A stretch of 64,000 bases of DNA from Ferrithrix thermotolerans DSM 19514 (lineage in GTDB: Bacteria; Actinomycetota; Acidimicrobiia; Acidimicrobiales; CAIXPF01), in NCBI GenBank assembly GCA_945906305.1, contig CAMDQT010000004.1, positions 66,117 through 130,116 on the forward strand, read 5' to 3'. Position 1 is the stretch's first letter, and each line of letters begins with the position of its first letter. The notes under the pieces were generated by a model. It was not told where the DNA came from. It did not search any database and was given only the letters and a program-made list of their open reading frames with translations. Shown in pieces: positions 44,988 through 53,809 of this stretch. The translations under genes were made by a program, and so were the position numbers.

Positions 44988-46190
44988 TTGCGTCGTATCT
45001 GCGTGGTCGGCGCGTCACTAGCGGGGTGGAATGCGGCTACCACGCTGCGCCGCGAGGGTTTCGACGGCGAACTGACCCTGGTCGGGGCCGAAACCGAGCC
45101 GCCCTATGACCGGCCGCCGTTGTCGAAGGCCTTTCTGGCCACGGGCGAGGAGGCCAAGGTCGCCCTGGGTGGGGTGGCCGATAGCGAGGCGCTGGCCATC
45201 ACCTGGCGTTTGGGTCGGCGCGCCGTCCGCCTTCGGCTTGGGGATCGGGTCGTCGATCTCGATGACGGAACCGAGGTGGCGTTCGACGGGCTGGTGCTGA
45301 CCGGTGGCGCCGAGGTTCGCACCCTGCCGTCGCTGCCCGTGGGCAATGGTGTCCATGTCCTGCGCACGGTGGCTGACGCCCGTGAATTGCGGGCCGACCT
45401 CGATCGACGCAACGGTCCGGTACTGGTGGTCGGGGCCGGTTTCATCGGGGCCGAGGTTGCTGCGACCTGCCGTCAGGCCGGCCGCGAGGTCGTGCTGGTT
45501 GAGGCAGCAGAGGTCCCCCTCGAACGGGCGGTAGGCACCGAGATTGGGGCCGTGTGCGCGTCGTTGCATCGCGAGCATGGCGTTGACGTCCGGCTGGGCA
45601 CTGCGGTAGTTGGGCGGGACTCCTCGGGAGCGGTTCGCCTTGATGATGGGACCACGGTGGATGCCGCGGTGGTCGTGGTGGGCGTCGGGGTTGCCCCCTC
45701 GACGCGCTGGCTGGAAGGGTCGGGCCTGCTGCTCGAGGACGGTGTGGTCTGCGACGCCACCGGTCTAGCCGCCGCTGGTGTGGTGGCGGCGGGCGACATC
45801 GCCCGGTGGCCCAACGAGCTGTTCTTCGGTGACTCGATGCGCGTCGAGCATTGGGACAATGCCATTGATATGGGGGCCTTCGTCGCTCGGCGGCTGTTGG
45901 CAGGCACCGACTGGGACCCCCGAGCAGTGTTCGCTCCGGTTCCGTGGTTCTGGTCCGATCAATACGACCGCAAAATGCAGATGGCTGGGCGTAGCACCGG
46001 CTTTGACCGCATGGAGGTAGCGGGCGGCACGCTGGAAGAACGTCGTTTCGTTGCCCTGTACCGTCGACAAGGTCGTCTCATTGCCGCCTTCGGTATGAAT
46101 CGGCCCCGTCATGTCGTGCAATGCCGCTCGTTGATCGCCCGCCGCTGTCCGTGGGAGGAGGCCAGGGAGTTGGCCGCGGCGTGGACGTGA
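44988..46190 (+). CDS. NAD(P)/FAD-dependent ferredoxin reductase
   Basis: VVGASLAG and VVGAGFIGAEVA dinucleotide motifs and a C-terminal Reductase_C-like domain. TTG start. Confidence 0.85.
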   Translation: MRRICVVGASLAGWNAATTLRREGFDGELTLVGAETEPPYDRPPLSKAFLATGEEAKVALGGVADSEALAITWRLGRRAVRLRLGDRVVDLDDGTEVAFDGLVLTGGAEVRTLPSLPVGNGVHVLRTVADARELRADLDRRNGPVLVVGAGFIGAEVAATCRQAGREVVLVEAAEVPLERAVGTEIGAVCASLHREHGVDVRLGTAVVGRDSSGAVRLDDGTTVDAAVVVVGVGVAPSTRWLEGSGLLLEDGVVCDATGLAAAGVVAAGDIARWPNELFFGDSMRVEHWDNAIDMGAFVARRLLAGTDWDPRAVFAPVPWFWSDQYDRKMQMAGRSTGFDRMEVAGGTLEERRFVALYRRQGRLIAAFGMNRPRHVVQCRSLIARRCPWEEARELAAAWT

Positions 46191-46690
46191 CCCAAGTGGG
46201 CGAATACGTCGACTGGGTCAGCGAGAACAACGAGGTGCTGGCGGTTGTCCCGCGGGAACAGATGCGGCGGCAGCGGTTGCGTCACCGGGCCGTTTTCGTG
46301 GTGACCGTGGACGGTCAGGATCGCGTCGTGGTGCATCAGCGCGCGGCCTGGAAGGACGTGTGGCCTTCCGCCTGGGATGTCTGCTTTGGTGGGGTGCTTA
46401 GCGCGGGAGAGACTTGGGAAGTGGCCGCTCGACGTGAACTCGCCGAGGAGGCGGGCCTCGACGATGTCCTGCTCGCCCCGCTGGGCGGGCCGTTTGCCTT
46501 CCGCGACGACCAGGTTTGTCTGCTCGGCCAGGCCTACCTCGTGCGCACCGACGAGCCCGTGGTGGCCCGTGACGGTGAGGTGGTGGCGGTGCAGCACGTG
46601 GCGCGGTCCCAACTGCTGGGCTGGAGCCTGACGCGCGCCGTATGTCCCGACTCGCTGCACTGTGTGCTACCGCTCATCGTCATGGGGTGA
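46187..46690 (+). CDS. NUDIX hydrolase
   Basis: Nudix box GGVLSAGETWEVAARRELAEEAGL. GTGA overlap with the upstream stop. The GTG at 46196 is an alternative start. Confidence 0.75.
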   Translation: MTQVGEYVDWVSENNEVLAVVPREQMRRQRLRHRAVFVVTVDGQDRVVVHQRAAWKDVWPSAWDVCFGGVLSAGETWEVAARRELAEEAGLDDVLLAPLGGPFAFRDDQVCLLGQAYLVRTDEPVVARDGEVVAVQHVARSQLLGWSLTRAVCPDSLHCVLPLIVMG

Positions 46691-46744
46691 GCCGAGGACG
46701 GCCGACCCGCTCCAACCCGGCGACCTCAACACCGACGGTGACGC

Positions 46745-49267
46745 TCAGCGCAACGAGTCGGCCAGCAAAGCCCGCTCGCGTGCCGCCAAGGCCACCATCA
46801 CCTGCATCTTCTCTCGGTTCTGGCGGACCGTTTTCGCCCCTTGGGGAATGGGGTGAGCGTCGAGAAAGGCGTCGACGGCACCGGCGAGCGAAGGGTCGGT
46901 GATGGTGGTGATCGTGGCGAGCAGGCGCGAGATGGTGTTGGTTGGCAACCGAGTGTTCAAGGCGTCCCAGTTGGCTTCGACCCATGCCCAGGCCGAGGCG
47001 GCAACGGTGCGGTTGGCAAGAGCGCGGGCCACCACAAACGCCCCATCCTGGGATTTGATCGCCCCATCGAGGCACAGTTCGAGCGCAGACTGGGTGAGCC
47101 CCCAAGCCGGAAAATCGGCCAGGGCAAAGGTGTATCGGCGCAGTTCCTGGGGGGTCGTGCTGCTCTCCAGACGACGGCGGAAGTCCGACCAGTCGGTGCT
47201 GGCGCCTCGGTGGGCAAGGACCGCCACCGCGGCCGCGCCCAGGGACGGGTCGGTCGTGCCCAAGCGGTGCAGCGTGGCGGCCCGTTCGCCGATCGAGGCA
47301 TCGTCGCCGGTGGTTCCGGCGAGGGCGAATAGGGCCGCCCGAAGCTCGCGTTCGCGGTCGGTTTCGCCCTCGGCCGACTCCCAGCCCGCGATGTCTAGCG
47401 CCGGTACGCACAGTTCGCGCACCGCAGCCTGGAAGGGAGCGAGTTCGTCCTGGTCGAGCAGGCGGGCCAGACCACCGAGGGCGCCGGCGATGCGCTGCCA
47501 TACGGTGAGATCGTCGTCGCCGGCGAGGTTCCGGCACAACGCCAGGACATCGGTGGCGTGGACATGTCCAGCCAACATGGCGGCGTAGGCATCGTCGATC
47601 AGGGTGTAACGCTCGACGGGTGAGAGCAGTTCCTGGGCGACGGCGGTGAGTGTCTGGAGGCCGGTGCCTAGGTACCGGCTGCGGTAGAAGCCGTGGGCAC
47701 CCGCGTTGAGGACCACGGCATCGGCCCCGTTGAGGTCGAGTTCGGTCTGAGTCGTTTCGAGGAGCAGACGATGCGTTTCGCGGTGGGCGCCGCGGACGGC
47801 GTCCACAATGATCGGTACGCCGAAGCGATTCGGCCCGGCGTCGCGGTAACGGAACTGCTCTTGGCTGATGGTGAGTCGACCTGCCGCGAGTTCGCCGGAG
47901 ACCATGGGGAAGCCGCCCTGGAAGATCCAGCTGTCCATCACTGCTCGTACCGGTTGTCCTGTGGCCTCCTCGAGGGCGTCCCACAGATCGGTGGTGCGGG
48001 TGTTGGCGTAGGCATGACGGGTCAAATACAGCTGCACCCCTCGACGGAACGCGTCCTCTCCCAGGTATTGCTCCAGCATCCGGACGACGGCGGCACCTTT
48101 CTCGTAGGTGAGGATGTCGTACATGCCCTCGGCATCCGCCGGTGAAACGACCTCGTATTCGATGGCCCGGGTGCTCTCCAGTGCGTCGGTGTCGAACGCG
48201 GCCGATTTCGATTGCCCGAAGTCGACCCACCGGCACCAATCCGGGCGGTAGGCATCCGTTGCTTTCATCTCCATGAAAGTGGCGAAGGCCTCCTTGAGCC
48301 ACAGCCCCTCCCACCACGCCATGGTGACGAGGTCGCCGAACCACATGTGGGCGATCTCGTGGGCGATGACGTCGGCCGCTCGTTGCAACTCCGGCTGGGT
48401 GGCCGCCAAAGGATCGATCAGCAGCAGTACCTCGCGGAAGGTGACACAGCCGAGGTTCTCCATCGCGCCGAAGGCGAAGTCGGGTACCGCCACCAGGTCC
48501 AGCTTGTCACCTGGGTAGGCGATACCGAAGTAGTCCTCGAAGTAGCGCAGGCAGAAGGTGCCAACGTCGAGGGCGAAAGCGGTGAGATGGGCTTGTCCGA
48601 GCGGATGCACGACGCGTAACGGCGTGCCGTTGACGTTGACTGCTGCGGTGGCCTCGAGCGGCCCGACGACGAAGGCCACGAGATAGGTGGACATCACCAT
48701 GGTGTCCGCGAAGGCCACCTCGACGAGGCCGTCGGGCCTTGTCGTCCGGCCTTTTTCGCTACTACAGGACACCGCGAAGAGGTTGGGGTCGATGGTGAGC
48801 GTGACCCCGAAGGTGGCCTTGAAGTCTGGTTCGTCCCAGCAGGGGAAGGCCCGGCGGGCGTTGGTCGACTCGAACTGCGTGGTGGCGATGGTGCGCTCGT
48901 GGCCCTCGTGGTCTTTGAAGGTCGAGCGATAAAACCCCCGGAGCTTGTCGTTGAGCTCGCCTCGGAATTGGGTGTGCAGGTGGTGGGTGCCGACGGTGAG
49001 CACCCGATCGGAGCGCAGGGTGAGCCGCTCGGTGGCAGGGTCGACATCTACAACGAGTTCCAGCCGCTCCCCGCTGTCAACGATCAGCCAGGCTTCTTCG
49101 ACGAGGAGATCAACGGCGTTGAGGACGATCTCGTTGACGGGCTCATTCACCGCGATGCGGATGTCCTGGGCGCCACCGAAGGTGGCGGCACCGAGGTCCG
49201 GTTCCAAAACCAGTTGGTAATGGATCGGTTGGACGCTGCGGGAAAGCCGGTGCGGATTGGCGGTCAC
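46745..49267 (-). CDS. pepN: Aminopeptidase N (M1)
   Basis: GAMEN, HEIAHMWFGDLVT and WLKEAFA motifs. Confidence 0.9.
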   Translation of the reverse strand: MTANPHRLSRSVQPIHYQLVLEPDLGAATFGGAQDIRIAVNEPVNEIVLNAVDLLVEEAWLIVDSGERLELVVDVDPATERLTLRSDRVLTVGTHHLHTQFRGELNDKLRGFYRSTFKDHEGHERTIATTQFESTNARRAFPCWDEPDFKATFGVTLTIDPNLFAVSCSSEKGRTTRPDGLVEVAFADTMVMSTYLVAFVVGPLEATAAVNVNGTPLRVVHPLGQAHLTAFALDVGTFCLRYFEDYFGIAYPGDKLDLVAVPDFAFGAMENLGCVTFREVLLLIDPLAATQPELQRAADVIAHEIAHMWFGDLVTMAWWEGLWLKEAFATFMEMKATDAYRPDWCRWVDFGQSKSAAFDTDALESTRAIEYEVVSPADAEGMYDILTYEKGAAVVRMLEQYLGEDAFRRGVQLYLTRHAYANTRTTDLWDALEEATGQPVRAVMDSWIFQGGFPMVSGELAAGRLTISQEQFRYRDAGPNRFGVPIIVDAVRGAHRETHRLLLETTQTELDLNGADAVVLNAGAHGFYRSRYLGTGLQTLTAVAQELLSPVERYTLIDDAYAAMLAGHVHATDVLALCRNLAGDDDLTVWQRIAGALGGLARLLDQDELAPFQAAVRELCVPALDIAGWESAEGETDRERELRAALFALAGTTGDDASIGERAATLHRLGTTDPSLGAAAVAVLAHRGASTDWSDFRRRLESSTTPQELRRYTFALADFPAWGLTQSALELCLDGAIKSQDGAFVVARALANRTVAASAWAWVEANWDALNTRLPTNTISRLLATITTITDPSLAGAVDAFLDAHPIPQGAKTVRQNREKMQVMVALAARERALLADSLR

Positions 49268-49280
49268 CGCCGGAGCCTAA

Positions 49281-49302
49281 CTGCGTCCTCGCTGAGACGC
49301 AG
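49281..49302 (-). terminator. Candidate stem-loop between the GGDEF-like gene and pepN
   Basis: CTGCGTC/GACGCAG 7-bp stem with an 8-nt loop. No U-tract. Confidence 0.25.
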
Positions 49303-49334
49303 ATGTGCCCATCGGTACTGCGGGTCCGCTCAGC

Positions 49335-50579
49335 TCAGCTCAGCAGGAACCACGCCGGTTCGACGTTGCGTCGCAACAGGTCGGCGTACGCCCTGCGCAA
49401 GGGGGCGTCGAGGGACTCGTCAACCTGCCCGGCAGCGGCACCAAAGGCGATGTCGACCCACCGCTGGGCGTCTGGCTGAGCGGCGAGCAGCTTGGTCCGG
49501 ATGCGGTGCATCGGGATGTCGACCTCCTCCACCTTGCAGCGAGGCAGGAACAGCAGAAACAGGCGGCTGTCGTAGCGCCCAACGATGTCTCGTTGCCGTA
49601 AAGCGTCTCGCAGGACCGCGGCGAAGATCCGGACCTCACCCTGATCGACCGGAGCGTTCGGCGAGGCGTCGATTGTGCCGCCGGGGGTCATCATGGCCAA
49701 CATCGGGTGACAAACCACGACGGTAAAGGTCCGAAAGTCGCTGGCTCGCATCTCAATGTCGGCCCGCATCGCTTCGGCGAGGGGCAAGCCGGTGATGGGG
49801 TCGGTGAACCCGGGTGGAAGTTCGGCTTGGGGTAGCGGTTCGATGAGCGGGTGCACATCGGGTAGGAAGTCGTCGCGTCGGCGCTGGGGTAAACGGGCCA
49901 CCTCGGCCATGACGGCCGGTACGCGTGGCAAGTACAACGGGTGAATGGCCTCGTCGGGAAAGGTGCGCGGGCGCGGGTCGCTCGATCCGCCGAGATGCCG
50001 GGGACGGATGATGGGCGGCGCTGGTAGCGCTGGGGCGGCGGTGCTCGGTGGCGGGGGCGCGTGCAGGGCGGCGGCGGGCTCCGCCGGTTCCGGCGAAATC
50101 GGATAGGCGGGCGGCATCGGAGCCGCCGCGGCGAGCGCGGCGGGCGAGTAGAGGCCCGCGTCCTCGGCGTACATCTCGCCGGGAGGCAACGGCGGCGCAG
50201 GGTGCAGCGGGGGGGTGGCGAGGGTTGCACGGTGTGGCGATTGTTCGTCGAACGTAACGGGGGGCTCAGTGGCGTGAGCCGTGCCTCTGGGATTGTTCTC
50301 GCGGAACCGCACCAGCCCACCCGCTTGGTGGGCGCTGATTCGAGACCCAACCCAGGGCAAGGTCTGTCCGCTTGAGGCAGGTGTTTCGACTACCTGCTGA
50401 TCTGACCTCGTGGCGGCTGTCCCGTTGTCCCGGATCGGTCGCGAAAGATAGCGATTCATGGCGGGAATGGTCCGGGCGAGCAGCATGGCGGCGAGCCCGC
50501 CGAACAGCATCCCAACTAAGCCGCCCGCAGCGAAGCCACGAAGCGACGCGGCCGAGTCCAAGACCACGCTCGACATCAC
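49335..50579 (-). CDS. Membrane-anchored Pro-rich protein with degenerate GGDEF domain
   Basis: N-terminal TM, ~200 aa Pro/Ala-rich linker, then DPITGLP...VGRYDSRLFLLFLP (GGDEF signature replaced). Confidence 0.65.
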   Translation of the reverse strand: MMSSVVLDSAASLRGFAAGGLVGMLFGGLAAMLLARTIPAMNRYLSRPIRDNGTAATRSDQQVVETPASSGQTLPWVGSRISAHQAGGLVRFRENNPRGTAHATEPPVTFDEQSPHRATLATPPLHPAPPLPPGEMYAEDAGLYSPAALAAAAPMPPAYPISPEPAEPAAALHAPPPPSTAAPALPAPPIIRPRHLGGSSDPRPRTFPDEAIHPLYLPRVPAVMAEVARLPQRRRDDFLPDVHPLIEPLPQAELPPGFTDPITGLPLAEAMRADIEMRASDFRTFTVVVCHPMLAMMTPGGTIDASPNAPVDQGEVRIFAAVLRDALRQRDIVGRYDSRLFLLFLPRCKVEEVDIPMHRIRTKLLAAQPDAQRWVDIAFGAAAGQVDESLDAPLRRAYADLLRRNVEPAWFLLS

Positions 50580-50596
50580 CGAGGCATCGCGATCTG

Positions 50597-50619
50597 TTGG
50601 TCGGTCGCGACCCGACCAA
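50597..50619. promoter_or_regulatory. 23-bp near-perfect palindrome upstream of the GGDEF-like gene
   Basis: TTGGTCGG-TCGCGA-CCCGACCAA, 18 nt upstream of the start at 50579. Confidence 0.3.
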
Positions 50620-50829
50620 GGCGGTGGGTGGTCCCGCGGGCCAGTCGTCGAGGGGCAGGCTTCACCCCAGTTTCATCGACGGTCCGGCGTGCCGACTTGA
50701 AGGCGGGTGCTGGCCGCGGCGGCCTGGCCTGCGAACCCGTCGAATGAGACCGCGGGGCGGCCCTTGGCCTCCGGTAGCGTGAGCCATCCTGAGCAGCCCC
50801 GGCCGGTCTCGGCCGGTCAAATACGTCGA

Positions 50830-51846
50830 ATGCGGGGAGATGTAGTGCCGCCCAAACGCTATGACGTCGTGGGAGTGGGTAACGCCATCGTTGATGTCAT
50901 CGCCCACGTCGAGGACGAGTTCATCGTCGCCAACTCATTGCCCAAAGGGTCCATGACCCTGGTCGATGTCGACCGGGCGATCGAGTTGTACGCCTCGATG
51001 CCCCCTGCCATCGAGGCGTCGGGTGGCTCAGCGGCCAACACTATGGCGGGCGTGGCCAGCTTTGGTGGCACCGCGGCCTACGTGGGCAAGGTGCGCCAGG
51101 ACCAACTCGGTGAGGTGTTCCGCCATGACATCCGAGCGGCCGGTGTGGTCTATGAGCAGGCTCTCGCCACGGTGGGCCCCCCAACCGCCCGTTGTCTGAT
51201 CTTGGTCACTCCCGACGCCGAACGGACCATGAACACGTGCTTGGGCATTTCCAGCTTGCTGGAGCCAGCCGATGTCGACGAACACCTCATAACGGCAGGC
51301 CGTGTTGTCTACTGCGAGGGTTACCTGTGGGATGTCGACTCGGCCAAGGCCGCCATCCGCAAGGCGATGACCATGGCGAAGGACGCCGGTTCGAAGGTCG
51401 CCCTGACCCTGTCGGACATGTTCTGCGTGGACCGTCATCGGGCGGAGTTCCGCCATTTGGTCGAACACGACGTCGACATCGTATTTGCCAACGAGGCGGA
51501 GATCTGCTCGCTGTATGAAACCACCGATGTTGCCGAGGCGCTTCGACGTGTGCGTGGACATGTCGAGGTGGCCTGCGTCACGCGCGGTGCCGAAGGGTCA
51601 GTGGTGCTCACCGCGGCTGAAGTGGTGCAGGTGCCGGCTTGGTCCGCGGGCTCGGTCATCGACACGACGGGAGCGGGGGACCTGTACGCCGCGGGGTTCC
51701 TCTACGGCTACACCAGGGGCAAGGACCTCTTCACCGCCGGCTGGTACGGCTCTATCGCCGCCGGCGAGTGCATCAGCCACACCGGTCCGCGCCCCGAGCG
51801 TTCGCTGGCCGAGTTGTTTGCCGCGGTCCCCTCACCGACCAGGTGA
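50830..51846 (+). CDS. PfkB-family adenosine kinase-like carbohydrate kinase
   Basis: YDVVGVGNAIVD, GGSAANT, and C-terminal DTTGAGDLYAAGFLYG. Confidence 0.8.
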   Translation: MRGDVVPPKRYDVVGVGNAIVDVIAHVEDEFIVANSLPKGSMTLVDVDRAIELYASMPPAIEASGGSAANTMAGVASFGGTAAYVGKVRQDQLGEVFRHDIRAAGVVYEQALATVGPPTARCLILVTPDAERTMNTCLGISSLLEPADVDEHLITAGRVVYCEGYLWDVDSAKAAIRKAMTMAKDAGSKVALTLSDMFCVDRHRAEFRHLVEHDVDIVFANEAEICSLYETTDVAEALRRVRGHVEVACVTRGAEGSVVLTAAEVVQVPAWSAGSVIDTTGAGDLYAAGFLYGYTRGKDLFTAGWYGSIAAGECISHTGPRPERSLAELFAAVPSPTR

Positions 51847-51877
51847 GCGCCAGACCACCCGCTCAACTGTCGCTGGC

Positions 51878-52282
51878 TTACTCGCCCTGAGCGGCGGGTG
51901 GGCCGGCTGGACCAGCCACAGCTTCCGCGGTCGTCTCGATCCCACCGCGCTTGTTCTGCGTCAAGCGCACGGTGACCTCGGCACCCACGGCCGCCGCGAG
52001 GTCGCGGGCAATGCGGGCGCAGAGGTGCTCGGCGAAGATCCGCTGGTCGTGCCAGGTGAGCAAGTACAGCTTGAGCGATTTGGTCTCGATGCAGAGTTGG
52101 TTGGGTCGGTATCGCACCGTCCAGCGATAGAAGTCGGGTTGGAAGGCGGCCACCTCAGGGCACAGCGCGGTGAGCTCATCGCCGCATAGCTCCACCAGGG
52201 TTTGGGCAGGGTCCGCGGGAAAGGTGTCGAGCTGGCCGTACTCCTCGGCCAGGACCGTTCGCCCCAACATCGCCGGCCGCAT
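51878..52282 (-). CDS. queF: NADPH-dependent 7-cyano-7-deazaguanine reductase
   Basis: ELTALCP catalytic Cys context and ETKSLKLYL motif. Confidence 0.85.
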   Translation of the reverse strand: MRPAMLGRTVLAEEYGQLDTFPADPAQTLVELCGDELTALCPEVAAFQPDFYRWTVRYRPNQLCIETKSLKLYLLTWHDQRIFAEHLCARIARDLAAAVGAEVTVRLTQNKRGGIETTAEAVAGPAGPPAAQGE

Positions 52283-52290
52283 CTTGTCGT

Positions 52291-53103
52291 TCACAACTGG
52301 GAGCGTCCCCGGTCGACGATGGCCTGCCGCCGCTGCTCGAGCTGGCTCAGGTCCATGCGCTGTGCAGCCCACTCGCGTCCCATCCGAGCCTCGACCTGCC
52401 AACCTTCACCCGGCGCGACGGCGGTCACGGCGTCATAGGTCACCTTCATCCGGCGCACGCCGCTCGGGTCGTTTCCGGTGATGTCCTGGGCCAATCGAAG
52501 GCAGAACGGGAGGAGTTCGTCATGGTCGACCACGTGATTCACCAGCCCCCAGGCGAGCGCCTCGTGGGCGGCGAGGAAGTTTCCGGAGTAGGACAGTTCG
52601 CGGGCTCGGCGCACGCCGACCGCCTCGGCCAACAGCACGGTCAGCCCCCATCCGGGCATCACCCCGACGCGGGCGTGGGTGTCCGCGAAGCGGGCGCGGT
52701 CGGAGGCCACGATGAAATCGCAGTTCAGCGCCACTTCGAAACCACCGGTGATGGCGGCACCGTTGACAGCTCCAATGACCGGTTTAGTCATGGGAGCCCA
52801 GGGCCCGCCCGGTGGCGTACGTTCCGGTTTGGACACGCTGCTGGCGAGCTTGGAGTCGGGGGCGCCGAGTTCTTTGAGGTCCAGTCCGGCGCAAAACGCC
52901 GCTCCCGCGCCAGTGAGCACCACCACGTCGACGTTCTCGTCCGCTTCAGCGCGGGCCATGGCCCGCGGCAACATACGCCGTAGGCCGGACGACAAGGCGT
53001 TGCGGGCTTCGGGGCGGTTGAGGGTTACCACCGCCACCCGGTCGGTTACCTCGTAGAGCACCGTCTGCTCGTCCTCGGCGTGTTGAGACTGGTCATTGCT
53101 CAT
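52291..53103 (-). CDS. Enoyl-CoA hydratase/isomerase family protein
   Basis: VVLTGAGAAFCAGLDLKE and GAVNGAAITGGFE motifs. Confidence 0.85.
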   Translation of the reverse strand: MSNDQSQHAEDEQTVLYEVTDRVAVVTLNRPEARNALSSGLRRMLPRAMARAEADENVDVVVLTGAGAAFCAGLDLKELGAPDSKLASSVSKPERTPPGGPWAPMTKPVIGAVNGAAITGGFEVALNCDFIVASDRARFADTHARVGVMPGWGLTVLLAEAVGVRRARELSYSGNFLAAHEALAWGLVNHVVDHDELLPFCLRLAQDITGNDPSGVRRMKVTYDAVTAVAPGEGWQVEARMGREWAAQRMDLSQLEQRRQAIVDRGRSQL

Positions 53104-53711
53104 GTGCTGTCCTCCTCGTGCTCGTCGGGCGGCAGGTATTCCAGTTCGAGATCGCCCAGCCGCACCAAGGTCGAGGTGACCCAGCCGCCGACGGACGCGA
53201 AGTGCTCGTCGAGCATGGCCGGATCGGTGAGCGTGGCCTCATCGAACTCGTAGATGCCCTCGAAGCTGAACTCGATGGCGTGCTCTGGGTCTTCGAGGGC
53301 GCCGTCGTAGGCGATCTCGATGCGGGGGCCCGAACGGGCCAGGCGAACCATGCCCATGGGCGAACTCTCTTCGGGCAGGATGGCCTGGATCTGCGCCGGG
53401 TCGGGCTGATGGCACAGCCGTTGGATTCGCAGCACGATTTCCACCGCGATGCGCGGTCGCCCGGTGGTCGGCTCGCCCAGCCGCCAGCTGCGGTAATTGG
53501 CCTGTGACCAGGTTGACCACTCCAGCAGGATGTCGGCCTGCACCCGCGGGGGAAGTCCTTCGCCGGGTAGGCAGTACGAGGTCTGCCACGAAAGGTCCCC
53601 CAGCAGCACGTCGGCGTGGAAGCGCTCCTCGACCGACAACGGTTCGAGCAGAGCGGCCTCCAGCGCCTCGCGAAGGGCGGCGATGGCGTCGGTGAAGACG
53701 TGATCGAGCAT
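53100..53711 (-). CDS. Hypothetical acidic protein (203 aa)
   Basis: From MLDHVF. ATGA overlap with the enoyl-CoA hydratase gene. The longer ORF listed (to 54248) runs antisense into the mutase gene. Confidence 0.5.
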   Translation of the reverse strand: MLDHVFTDAIAALREALEAALLEPLSVEERFHADVLLGDLSWQTSYCLPGEGLPPRVQADILLEWSTWSQANYRSWRLGEPTTGRPRIAVEIVLRIQRLCHQPDPAQIQAILPEESSPMGMVRLARSGPRIEIAYDGALEDPEHAIEFSFEGIYEFDEATLTDPAMLDEHFASVGGWVTSTLVRLGDLELEYLPPDEHEEDST

Positions 53712-53809
53712 TGGAGACGAGATGCTACCGGCGAACGGGGATGGACGCGACTCCGCCGTTCTCGCTCGACTTGGGAGGCCGAAAAGCTCAGGTCGGTAGA
53801 GTGCCGGTG

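Noticed and set aside
49328-49346. Pentanucleotide tandem GCTCA x3 (GCTGA on the minus strand) at the stop codon of the GGDEF-like gene, sharing the pentamer that flanks the repeat elements.
   Set aside because: It is short and lies mostly after the stop, so length changes would not alter the protein. The shared pentamer is most simply coincidence.
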